In this document: positions 48,626-62,797 of the stretch, in pieces
Layout: every line of letters begins with the position of its first letter
How positions within the stretch are numbered: the first letter of the stretch is position 1
From: Pirellulales bacterium
Lineage (GTDB): Bacteria; Planctomycetota; Planctomycetia; Pirellulales; PALSA-1355
NCBI GenBank assembly: GCA_963733035.1
Contig: CAVTBU010000005.1
Coordinates: 2,688,001-2,752,000, forward strand
Direction: 5' to 3'
Length of the DNA stretch: 64,000 nucleotides
Notes under the pieces: generated by a model
Told to the model about the DNA's origin: nothing
Databases searched by the model: none
What the model saw: the letters and a program-made list of their open reading frames with translations, nothing else
Translations under genes and position numbers: made by a program

Positions 48626-48991
48626 TTCTTGCGCAACAGTCGCCTCCATATACGTCGATCTCAACCAGGTTTAGACGCCGTAGGTGAGCTATAGCTTCGT
48701 TCGTGCACGGCCCATGGATGCTGACTGCGCACGCGGTAAAAAAAATCCGGCCCAAGCCTCTCAAGAATCCATGCAGGCACATTCGGTTTTGCAAGCAGCT
48801 GTCCTTGCTCGTCGGTGCCAAAATCAAGTTCAGCACTAAATCCTTCCTGTACAAGTGCAAGGCGACTCGCGCTGCCGTTTCGCGATTTCAATACGGTTTA
48901 CGACAATGCCTAATACCACACCCGTCAATAAAACAACGAACAAGAGCGATCGGAGACGATACCGCGAAATGTGGCTTAATATTTCTCGCAC
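48626..48991 (-). pseudogene. 'RYRLRSLL'-type membrane-anchored (LRR-associated) gene truncated by the IS256 end
   Basis: SRYRLRSLLFVVLLTG / PAWILERLGPDFFYRV / SIHGPCTNEAIAHLRRLNL across three frames joined by two 2-nt GC gaps; runs into the IS end at 48625. Confidence 0.65.
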
Positions 48992-49147
48992 AGTAGGGCC
49001 GTAATTAAAGGGGGCGGCGGAATTTTTATTTCCAGCGGGCGGCGTTGGTAGTTCGATGCGCGGCATGCCTCGCGTCGCTCGCACGCTTCTGGACGGATAG
49101 GTTTATCATATCCTCAATTGGGCCAGCGACCGACTTGCCCTCGGCGC

Positions 49148-49188
49148 AAAAAAACAGCGGCCCGGTCCAACTTGGGACCGGGCCGCTG
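49148..49188 (-). terminator. Rho-independent terminator of the giant surface protein gene
   Basis: 14-bp stem CAGCGGCCCGGTCC/GGACCGGGCCGCTG followed by 7 T on the minus strand. Confidence 0.85.
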
Positions 49189-49294
49189 GTGTTGACCAGA
49201 CCTTCTGCTGAGTACGACTCAGAAGAAGACTACACAACTCAGGAACTGACCCGACCGCATGGTGGCGATGCTGGTTGATCGAGCAATGCCGCCG

Positions 49295-52200
49295 CTAGGT
49301 GCCGTTGGCGACTTTCAATAGGTACTCCTGGGAATCCACCAGGGCGGAGATTAGCGAGCGCTGGTTGAGACCGCCCGAGCGCAGCTGGTTCGCGAAGTAG
49401 GTTAGTCCGCCGGCGTCGGCCGCACGGCCCAACGTTTGGGCATAGGCCGCCTGTACCAGCAGGTTTGTCCGCTCCGGGCTCGCCAACAACTGGCTGATGG
49501 TGTCACTACGCGACTGGCCGCCGCCGAGCGCGTCGAGGTAGTGTGACAAGCCTCCCGCGTCCGGAGCTCGTCCCAGAACGTCGTGATAAAGGGCCGTCAC
49601 GAATGCCTGATTGCTGCCGTGCATCAGCGAGTATTCAGGCGACTGCAACAAACCGGCCGCCACGGTATCCTCCGAAGCGCCGGCAAGCAGTTGCCCGATC
49701 CAGTACTCGCGACCGCCGGCATCGGCGGCACGATGCAAGTATTGGGCATATGCCTGATCGACTACCAGGCCGAAATACTCTCGCGAGTTGAGCAGCGACC
49801 CGGCAATTGCTCCCCGGCTGGCGCCGCCCTGCAATTGGCCGACGAACAAACTCAGGCCACCCGGGTCTGGCGCACGATGAAGAATATCGTGATAGAGGGC
49901 CGTAATGATGGCCTGGGCATCCGGCGTTGCCGCGGGGCTGGTTGCCGCGGCCGCGGCGTGATCTGGAAGATTGTCTGGCCGCCCGACGATTTGGGCGCGC
50001 TCGGGTGACTCGATCAGGTTGTCGATCACTTGTAGCCGCGGGGTGCCAGAGGCCAATATCGCCAGTTGGGTGGCGTTGCCGCCGGCATCGGGTGCACGCC
50101 CCAAGATGTCGAAGTAGATCGCGTTCACAAAGTCGGCGTTTGCGGAATGTTTCGCGGAGTACTCGACCGAGTCGAGCAGATGGACTGCCAGCGAGTCCTC
50201 GGTCATGCCGCCTGTGAGCTGATCGACCCAGTATTGGCGACCCGACGGATCGGCGGCCCGATCCAGATAGTCGGCGTAGTACCGGTCGACCATCTGGCCG
50301 TAGTTTTCTGGAGATGTGGCCAGGGCGTGGGCCACGTCGTCGGCGCTGGCGCCAGCTTCCAACTGGGCGACGTACGTCGCCAAACCGTTTGGATCAGGAT
50401 TACGTCCCAGAATCTGCTGGTACAGGGCGGTGACGGTTTGCTGTGCGGTGCTTGAGCTGGAGGCCGCCGAAACCGGGGGATCAAAGTTGCCCACGATCGG
50501 CAGCGCTCGCGGGTCGCCAAACTTGAACGCGATGTCATGCCCCAGGGGGACCGGGCTAAAGGCATGATTGAGCCCCGCCGGATCGCTCGACATCAAAAAT
50601 CGCCATTCCCCAGTCCCTTGGCCGGCGCCCGCATCTGGCACCCAAATGCCCAGATCGGTAATTCCATCGAGATCCAAATCGGCTGCCACGGGGCGATCCG
50701 CCGTGCCAGGCATTCCGAAATTGATCGTCGCGTCGGCGCTGCCGAACACGGGACCGTAGTCGAGGAAGAACTGATTATTCTGGTAAGTGCCGAGGTCCGC
50801 GATTCCGTCGCCGTTGAAATCGCCCGCAATCGGATAGCCGCGCATGCTGGTGGCCACCGTCGTGACCGCTCCGCCGACGCCGTCGTAAAGGATGTTCCAC
50901 CGGGCGCCGTCAAAGATCGCAATTTCGTCGCCCGGCATGCGCCGGATTGAAATCACCCGCCACCGCCAAACCCGAGATCTGTGGAGCCGGGAACGTCTCG
51001 CCCGCATCGATCCGACCGTTACCATTGACATCAATCAGAAAGCGGTAAGGACTACCGGCGTTGTCTCGCCCAAAGGCGGCCAGCACATCGTAGCCGGGCA
51101 ACTGCACCGGGCTAAACTTGCCTGCGAAGCGTTGATCGTTGATCTGGCCAAAATCGAACACCAAATCGCGGTTTGCCGCATCGGTATTGGTCGGATCGAA
51201 CGTGCCGTTGCCGTTCATGTCGACGACGACTGTCTTGCCAAGGTACACACCGATTTCCGGCCGGCTGTCGACGGTAAACTGCGCCGTGAAGTTTCCCCCG
51301 GAATAGCCGTTACCGCTGGGCAGGGTCGGCGGGCTATGCGGTTCGCTGGCGTTGCTCTCGCCGTCAAGCCTGTTACCCGCCGGATCGACGACGGAATCGA
51401 GAACCGTCAGCGTGTAGCGGTCGTCGGGCAGCGGCGCGTAGAAAGCGAGCTGGACCGTGGCCGTGGCGATTTGGCCAGCCACGACCGGATTGTTTGTAAC
51501 CAGAACGCTCGCAATGGCAATGGTCCCCACGTGTTCGCCCACGAGGCGGTAGTTGCCCGGCTGCATCGCCGCCGCCGTATCGAGCGCGGGATAGACGAAG
51601 CCGGGTTGCCGCGTCAGGATGCTGCTGGTCAGCGGATCGCGCAGTTCGATCGTGAGACTCTTGACCGGCGGCGTGGGACTCGAGACGTGCGCCGGGTTCT
51701 TGGACGAAAACAAGTCGTACTCGGCCTCGTTCGCCGCAGTGCCCAGATCGTCGGTAATGTGCACGCCGCCCAGCGGGCCGGCGCCATCCGGATCGAAGAC
51801 TTGCGGCCCCAGTACATCCACTTCGGTGACGTTCAGATCATAAACATTGATGCCCGTATCCGTGCCACGCACGCGGAGGTAATATTTCTGGCCCGCCTGC
51901 ATGCCGATCATGAGCGATTCGTTGTCGCCCGCGGTATTACTCGACGCAATCAATGCACCGGCGGCATCGTAAACCGCGATTTGCAAATCGCCGTTGCTGG
52001 GCAACCCCTGCCGGCCGCTGGGGAGCGTGGGGATTTGCGTGAACAGAGCGTCGAAGCGGAACGTGCTTGTCTTGGACGGTTGAAAACTGTACCAGTCCTC
52101 ATCGCCGCCAACAGTGCCAAAAGGCGTAGGCAGTGTGACCGCCCCTGGATCAATGCTCAAGTTGCTCAGGAACACCGGCACTGGACCGAGCGGAGTAGCC

Positions 52201-55200
52201 ACCAGGCGGCTTCCGTTCGATTCGTTCGTGTCCGGATGGAAGACGATCAATTGCCCGTTGGGTGTGCCGGCACCGTCATCACCGGTTCGTCCAGTTACGG
52301 GGTCCAGCGGCGTGATGTCGACGTGCTCGATGCCTTCGTAATCGACCGGTTGGAAAGGCCCGACCTTCACCGAACCGCTGCGACCGTCCGCTCCCTGCCG
52401 ATGAACAACCAAATCGCCGGTGCCATCGTCGCGGACGACCAGCCGATCACTTGCATTAGGCGAACCACCCACAATACGAAACGCCAGGCTTCCCGCGTCC
52501 GTATCGGGAGGACCCGGCGTGACGAGCGAATCCGACACGCTCACGCCGATCGTGTCGTCACCGTCCCCGCCTTCGACGCGCACGATTTCAACCTGCCGCA
52601 CGTCGTTGGTATCGGTGTCGCCGTTAAAATTCACGACCAGCGTGTTGGCGTTGGTCTGCTCAAGCGTAATGATGTCGGCCAGCGACGTGCCTTGCACGAG
52701 GATCGTGTCAATGCCAGCGTCGCCGCTGAAATGATCGTCGCCCGGGCTTTCCACGAGCGTGTCATCGCCGTCGCCGCCGTTGTAGTTGTCGTCCCCGGCT
52801 CCGCCGATCAGCGTGTCGTTGCCGGTGCCGCCGTTGAGCACAAACGGCGTATTGACGCTTACCGCACTGGCGTCGAGACGATCGGCACCGGTTCCACCCA
52901 CTAATGTTACTGAAGTAAAGGTTGTGCTCGATGCATCCGGCACGGCGAGCGCAGTGATGATGTCATCGCCCGCACCGCCGTCGACCGTGATGGTTTCCAG
53001 ACCGGTTGGCAGCGCGGAATTGTCGAGCACGACGTTGTCGCGTCCGGCGCCGGCCTCGATCGTGAGGTTGGTTTTGTTCTCAAACTCGATCGGCTCAAAG
53101 TTGTCGACGGTCACCCGGCCGCCGGTGGGCAGCAGGATACCCGGTTCGTAGTTGATCTCGTTTGCTCCCTGCAGCAAGCTGGCCAGCCCGGGTACGCTGG
53201 TAATGCTAAACATTGCGGACGGGATATTCGTGAGAAACGGCTCGAGGTTCTGGAAGTCGATCGTCTGTGTGCCGCTGTCTCCCACGACGATGCTCCGACC
53301 GGACCCGGCCGTGGCGCCGATGGCCAAGGTTTCGCTGGTCTGCGTATCGCCGCCGGTTTGGACCAACTGCACCTGGTCGAAGCCGGTTCCGCCGTCAAAT
53401 CGGATTCCGTTGCCGACGTCGATCAACCCATTGCTACTATCGACGATCAACGTATCGTTGCCCCCCAGCCCGTTGATGTTGATCTGCGTAATCGTGTCGA
53501 GTTGAAACGGACTGCCAAGCGGTTCGGTGCCGTTGAGAAACACATGCAGCAGCGTGGGATTCGACGCATCGCGAACCAGCCGAATCACGTCGTCTTCTCC
53601 GGCGAAATCCATGTCGCCATTGATCTGCAGCACACCCTGGCTGTTAATGGCCGTGCTGACGGCAGGAACCGTCCAGACACCCCGTCCGAAGGTTGCCGCC
53701 ATGAGCGTGTCGGTTGCGCCGCCGACGTAGCGAACGTCCTGAACCAGTGCATTAGGCAGTAGCGCGCGAAACTCAGACCAGACCGTGCCCAACAATCGAT
53801 AGACTCCGCCGAGAGCCCCGACCAGCGGAATCGAGTCGCCCGCCACGGCCGGCGTGTCGTCGAACAGCGTTATCGAGCGGAGCGACTTCGTGAGCGCACC
53901 GGCAAATCCCGCGAGATTTTCCGTCAAATTCTCAAATGGGTTATTCGCCAAATCGGTGACATCGTTCGAAAGCCACACTTCCGTGCCGCGCAGCACGTAC
54001 ACGCGCCGCCAATCTTCCGGATCGACAGCAATGTCTTGGATTCTGCCTCCCGCGGGTAACTGTCCCGTGCCCGCGCCTGTGACGTCGGTAAACGCGGCGC
54101 CTGCTTCTCCGCGGAAGAATAACTGACCGTTCGACGTGCCCACGTAAGCCACGTTGGCCTGATCCGCTCCCGCACGGCGACCACCATACGCAAAGGCCGA
54201 TGCCGTGCCGCTGAATCCGGGCAGGTTTGCCGTGATGTCGGTGATGACGTCGCCGGCAAGTCCATTGGCGGGGTTCGTATCAGCATCTTCGTAAACGCCG
54301 TTCAATCCAAGGATCATCCGCCTGGGATCGGTGCTATTCAATTCAAAGCGGATACCGGTGAACGTGGTAATGCTCGAATCGGCCGTCTGCAGTCCGCTGA
54401 GATCGGGACTTCCAAATGACGATCTCAGCCCAACTTGCGTCGGACCGCCAATCTTCGCATTGGTGTTGTCAAACCGCGTGCGCAGGAACGTGCTGAAATT
54501 GTTCTCCATCGAATAGCGCAGCACATCCGGGCCGGCCGACACGGTATCGACTTGCTGGTCAAAGCCGTCGCCACTGGCAAAGTGGTTCCAAACAAAGTTG
54601 CCGGGAGCCGATTGTCCGGCCGCGCCGTTGTCTTGAAAGCCCGCGAACGGCACGTTGTTGACAGTGTCAAACGCGGCGGAGTAGGTTTCGAATGCCCCCA
54701 AATCGCCGACGAATGATTGCCAGGTGTTGTTTGCGGCGTCCAGCGGATTCTTGAGGAAGTAAATACCGCCGTCGTCCGACTCGACCAGGACGTTCGTTCC
54801 CAGGAACTCCAAGTTGCGCGAATCGGCGTGAGGGTTGGAATTCCCCTGAGCGCCGGCATTCACGATTTGCACCCAGCTTCCCAGGCCCGTGGGGTCGTAG
54901 CGGTAGATGGCATCGCCTCCTTCACCGCTGACGTATACAACGTCGTTCTGCGTCGGATCAGCGACCATGTTGAATCGCTCATTGAAGTTCGCGCCGGTGT
55001 CAAGGTTCACGGTTGGCGGCATCGCCAGCGGCGCCCAACTCACACCGTTGTCGATCGAGCGAAACACGCCGGTCAGCGTCGAACCGCTAGCCACCCCGGC
55101 GTAGAGCACCGTTGTCGCGCCGTCATCGTGGGCCGTGACCTCCAGAGCATCCGAAGCTCCGATACCAGTGATGCCGCTGTTGCGCTGCGCCCAGGTGGCG

Positions 55201-56024
55201 CCGCCGTCAGCGCTGGCGTAAACGCCTTGCCCCGGAATCGTCAGGTAGAACGAGTTGATATCGTTCGGGTCGCCGATCAGTTGCGTTACCACACCAGCAG
55301 GTAGGCCCGTAGCGCCGCCCTCGATCTGCACGAAACTCGCGCCAGAGTCGACGCTGCGGTAGAGCCCCCCGCTGCTGTCGTCCGTGGCCACGAGAATGAC
55401 CTGCTGCACGCCCGGCCCTGCGTCGAGATCGATCGAGGTGGGTACGACTTCCTTGACGCGGCTAGCCGGCAGCGTTCCACCGCCGACAACCTCCCAACTT
55501 GTGCCCGCGTCGAGCGTGCGATAGACGCCGATCGAATCGCCCCCGGTATGGCCGTTGCTGAATTGTCCGAAGCCGGCATATACGGTGTTGCCACTTGCAT
55601 CCAGCGGACTAAACGCCACGCTGCCGACCGACAACGACGGCAATTGGTCGGTCAGTGGCGTCCAACTGATGACACCCGGATTGTTCGGGTCGGCATTGCT
55701 AGTTCGCCACACACCGCCGTTGACCGTACCAATGAAGATGTTCGAAGTGTCGTTCGGGTTGATCGCAATACTCTGCACGGCGCCGCCAGCCGGATTGTTC
55801 GGCGGCACCGTCAGTTGCGCATCAGTTTGCGGAGCGGGGCCTTGTTCGAGCCAATTCGGCACGCCCAACAAAGTGACCGACAACACATGTCGCTGTTCCA
55901 GGACTTCGTGCAACAAGGCCCGCCGAGTGGCCGGTCGTCCTCGGCGTGACGGCGCAACGGAGCGCCGCGCGCAACGCGGCGCGAAAAGAAAGCTCGCCCT
56001 TTCACCACGACTGCCCCCATGCAA
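49295..56024 (-). CDS. Giant (~2,240 aa) secreted/surface protein: LEPR-XLL-type export motif, Asp-box beta-propeller, RTX-like Ca2+ repeats, PPC/Ig-like, FG-GAP, 2x DUF4214; 1-nt frameshift near 50932
   Basis: EVLEQRHVLS; SxDxGxxW boxes; GGxGNDTL repeats; GDFNGDGIADLG; LYxxILGRxPDxxG repeats. GDFNPAHAG|DEIAIFDG is split across two ORFs. Confidence 0.85.
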
Positions 56025-56235
56025 GCGGCAATTCCGGGGCGGTTCGTTCGAGAATGTGCGTCCTAAGTTGTTGCCCCGGACGCCGCTGACAGACTAATTC
56101 CCCCCTTTTAAGCTGTCAAGGAAGCACGGCTACGCAAAGTGCGCTTGCTTTGACGCCGGCTGGGACATTCGTCGGGGGGTACCCAACGCGCATCGCCGCA
56201 GGTTCGGCGACAACGCGCCTAGAGGCCGTGCGACA

Positions 56236-57368
56236 TTAGAACCGCACTTCACCGCGGGCCACCAGGCCGTCGAAGGTGATCGTCTGTGCGCCGGGATTGT
56301 AGCTCCCGTTTTGCACGCTGCTGATCCAGCCGGACGTGGTGATGCTGTTGAACCACGCAGAAACCAGATAGCCCCCCGACAGCCGCACCCGTTGACCGCG
56401 GCTGAGCCAGGCCAAACCGAGTTCCATGTCCAACAGCGGAACGATCCGGTCCTGGCTCAGGCTGGTGTTGGCTTCGACGCCGGCAAACTGATTCTGCTGC
56501 AAATAGCTCGTATGAAATTGGCCGACGAGGAACGACGCCGACCCCTTGCCATAGGCCCGCAGCCCCGAGCCGGCAAACAGACAGCGCTCGCCTTGAACGC
56601 CGGCCCGCGGACCGACGCCGTCGAAACCGGCCGCGGTGTTCAGGGTCGTCGTGCCGTCCGGTGGGTCGAATGGAAAGGTGGTGGACAGGTTTTGCCGGAG
56701 TTGACCGTACCGCGCACCCAGCGAGTAGCCGACCCAGTAGAGGTCGCACCGCTGGGCAATTACTTCGTAGTCGACGTCGATCATTTGGAAATCGACGCCG
56801 TAACTCGCCGAAGCCGATTGCGCGGTCGAGCCCGCGTTGAACGTGCCTGGGAAAAGCACCAGCGGCAACAGCACGTTGGCCCCATCGGTCGTCACGGAAC
56901 TGTTCGTGGTGCTATTGAACCAGGTGTAGGCGCCGGACACCCGGGCATCTGGGCCAAGCGTGAAAAAGCCGCCCGCCCGGAAACCGGGCGAATATCCCGG
57001 GTTAGCCACGGCCACCGGACCGACCGGCGAAGCGCCGGCCACCAGAATCCCATCCTGAGGCACCGCGTAAGAGACGTCGGTATTGCGCACCGTCAGATAC
57101 AGGAACTCGCCAAACAATCCGATGTGATACGGCTCCCACTGCGCCACCATCGGTGGCGCGGTAACGATATACGGATCATACAGGGGAGGGCAGGGGGGCG
57201 ACGGCTCGTTGGGGTTGACCATGATCGTGCTGTCGTAGGTCACCTCCGAGGGCGTCATCGATTGCGGCGGCATCACCGTGATTGGCGCTTGTGCCTTGCG
57301 CGCGCAATCCAAACCGTTCCGCACACTACAGCGATACTCGCCACCAAACCGACGCGCAGGCGTGGCAT
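56236..57368 (-). CDS. Outer-membrane beta-barrel, Lpg1974/BBP7-like; N-terminal frameshift near 57300
   Basis: EFLYL, PGFRAG, FDGVGPRAG, LSGGYLVSAWF, C-terminal FDGLVARGEVRF. Signal peptide MPRLRVGLVASIAVVCG is in another frame. Confidence 0.75.
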
Positions 57369-57553
57369 GATCGGAACCTCGATGTCAGACAAGACGAGAC
57401 GTGATCGGCAGAAATGAGGCGGAACTTTAGTGAATTCCGCCCGACCGCTCAAGGTCCATTTTAGGGGCGCGTGCTAGCAGCACCGGCAATCGGCCAGGCA
57501 GGGCGACAGGCTCGTTCAACACGCTTTTTTACGGCGTAAAACGCAGCTAGCAC

Positions 57554-58255
57554 TCAACGGGCTTCGACTCTTTCGAAGCGAACGAAATATGACTCGTCGA
57601 GCAGATCTGGCTTTTCTTCGACCTGCCGGAAGCCCGCGTCGCTGATCTCTTTGACGAAAACTTCCTGCCCGGCCCGCAGGTGGCTGAGCATCCAGGCCGA
57701 ACTGACGCCTTCGATTCGCTGGTAGTCGACGAGCACGAGCGATCCGCCCGGTTTAATCGCCTTGTGAATGGAGGCCAGCGTGCGTTCCGGAAATTCAAAA
57801 TGATGATAGGTGTCGCAAATGAACACCAAATCGACCGACGCAGCGGGAAGATTAACCTCCGTGGGCGTACAGAGGACTGCTGTGACATTCGTCAGCTTGT
57901 CATCAACGACCAACTGCTGAATGTGCTCGACGAACTCATCAGAGATATCCACCGCATACACATGACCGCTCGCTCCGACCGCCTTCGAAAACAAACGGGT
58001 GAACAACCCCGTCCCGGCGCCGACGTCGGCCACGCTCATGCCCGGCCTGATGTGGCAGGCCTCGAGAATCTCCTCTCGATGATCAAACGCATCGCGCCCT
58101 TCGCGCTCAAATCGACCGACGAACTGTTCGACGTTCGGCGACTCAAAGGCCTTGTTGATACCCGGATTGACGCTTTCTTTTTGAGCCCGCGCATCCTGCG
58201 GACCACACAACAGAACCGTACCCATCAGCAGCAAGACAACGCCGATCAGTCGCAT
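57554..58255 (-). CDS. Class I SAM-dependent methyltransferase with signal peptide
   Basis: VADVGAGTG, YAVDIS, DTYHHF; hydrophobic N-terminus ending ARA. Confidence 0.85.
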   Translation of the reverse strand: MRLIGVVLLLMGTVLLCGPQDARAQKESVNPGINKAFESPNVEQFVGRFEREGRDAFDHREEILEACHIRPGMSVADVGAGTGLFTRLFSKAVGASGHVYAVDISDEFVEHIQQLVVDDKLTNVTAVLCTPTEVNLPAASVDLVFICDTYHHFEFPERTLASIHKAIKPGGSLVLVDYQRIEGVSSAWMLSHLRAGQEVFVKEISDAGFRQVEEKPDLLDESYFVRFERVEAR

Positions 58256-58299
58256 GGTGATGCTCCCCCAGATGGAATGCTTTCGCGGGCACGACAATC

Positions 58300-60954
<2,655 letters not shown>

Positions 60955-60968
60955 TTAAGTTGAATGCA

Positions 60969-61274
60969 TTACGTCAGCGGTCCGACACGGAATTTCAGGT
61001 CATGTATCTTTTCGTCCGGCAACAGCCCGGTTAGCTTTCGCACCAAGTTCTTCTTCTCAAAGCCTAGCTCCTGGGCCAGGGTCGAATTGCCTACCAAAAC
61101 CTCAAGAACGCCACGTTTAACGGCCAGGGCACGCGTTGACTTTGCAAACCGTTCACCAACCGCCTGACGCCACGCCTCGGCAAACGCCCCCGCCGATTGC
61201 ACGCGGGCATAACCGCGACGGGCAATCAGCTGTGAAAGCACATCGCCAATGTGTCGCGGCTCTCTTCTGGACAT
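60969..61274 (-). CDS. DUF721/DciA family protein
   Basis: Position between dnaN and gyrB; AWRQAVG...GVLEVLVGNSTLAQEL...LKFRVG. Confidence 0.8.
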   Translation of the reverse strand: MSRREPRHIGDVLSQLIARRGYARVQSAGAFAEAWRQAVGERFAKSTRALAVKRGVLEVLVGNSTLAQELGFEKKNLVRKLTGLLPDEKIHDLKFRVGPLT

Positions 61275-61296
61275 TGTTTTCCGTGTTCTCGTTCTG

Positions 61297-62411
61297 CTAG
61301 TGATCGCGTGCCAGGGGCATGATCACATACCCGTATCCGTCGTCCGTGGTACACACGGCGGCGCTTTCGGAGTCCTTGAGTTCCATCGTCACCACCTTTT
61401 CCGTGTCGAGCACCTTCAGAAAATCGCTCAGGTAACGAGGATCGAGCATGATCGAGATCGTCGGACCGTCGTAGGCGATGGGCACCTCGACCCGCGATTG
61501 ACCAACTTCGGCCACGCGTCCGCTGAGCACCAGGTTGCCGGCTTCGAAGTTGAAATCGACGCCGCGGCTCTCCTCGCTCGTGACGATCGCTGCCTGACGA
61601 ACCGCCGAGTAAAGCGGTCCGACAGTCAAATCGATGCGAGCAGTACCCGTGCGCTGCGGAAAGACGTCGCGCCACTTGGGAAAGCGGCCCTCGACCAACC
61701 GACTGTAGATCGTCGCCCGCGGTCCGCGAACCAGTATTTCGTTGGCCCGCGCGGCGATTTGAATCTCGGCGTCACCGTCGGTTAGAGCGCGCTCGATGAG
61801 TTGCATCGCCTTGGTTGGCACGATCGTCATGCTATCGCCCGACTGATGCCCCCCTTCGCTACGCGCGGGCACTTCCATCTTTGCCAGCCGGCGTCCGTCG
61901 GTGCCGACGGCGGTAATCTTATCGGGACCCATTTCCAGCAAAACGCCGCCCAGTGCGTAACGGCTACTCTCATTATCGGTGGCGAAGATCGTACGGCGAA
62001 TGACCTCGCGAAACGCTCGAGCCGGCAGTTCGTGATAGGCCTTCTCCGTGAAATCAGCCACCGACGGAAACTCCTGCGGGTTCTCGGCGGGCAGCTTGAA
62101 CTCGCTGCGTTCGCCGCGAACGAGCGTGGCTTGGCCGTCGGCCTCGAGCCGCAATGTGTCATCGGTGCTTTCCCGCAAGATCGAACCGAATCGCGATAGG
62201 GGCAGGACCGCACTCCCCGGCACCTCGACCTGAATGCCGGGCACTTGAATACGGATGCCAATCTCCAAGTCGGTGGCCAGCAAGATTGCGCCGAATCGGT
62301 CACTTCCAGCTTGATATTTTGCAGGATTGGCTTGGGGCTGCGGCTGGGGACAACTGCCGCGGCGGTTTGAAAGGCTGTCAGCAACGTCTCGCGTTCACAG
62401 GTGACTTTCAT
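61297..62411 (-). CDS. dnaN: DNA polymerase III beta clamp (1-nt frameshift near 62291)
   Basis: SPKPILQNI | LATDLEIG, SRYALGG, TDGRRLA, RLVEGRFPKW, YVIMPL. Confidence 0.95.
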
Positions 62412-62797
62412 GCGGGATGCCTTTACTTCCTAAGTTTCTAGCGTGCGATTTGCGTTTTGTATTTGCTGAGGTGTGTTGCGAGCGGACGGCCCGTGCATCG
62501 CGGCCACCTTGGTCTTCTCTATCTATTTAAAGATTCTTAGTAGTAGTAGAAATGTGCCGCATCACGAGTGTCGACAACCCTTCCGAACGCCGCGATAAGT
62601 TGGCCTGCTCGCAGACGTTGCGAACCTCGTCGGAGCGTGTCTGCGATGTGGAAAACTTGTTTGCTGTGTGTCAGGCCGTTGTTCCGCGGTGGTCGATAAT
62701 TCGTGTGCCTGTCGCCGGCTAAGGCCCGTGGCTGTTGGGCGTGTTGGTAGGTGCCGCACAGGCGGACAATGCATCGACAGGTTGTTCACAACGTTCC
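62412..62797. other. Probable chromosomal replication origin (oriC)
   Basis: dnaA-dnaN intergenic region; AT-rich patch ~62513-62537, TAGTAGTAGTAG DnaA-trios at 62538-62549, several degenerate DnaA boxes. Confidence 0.75.
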
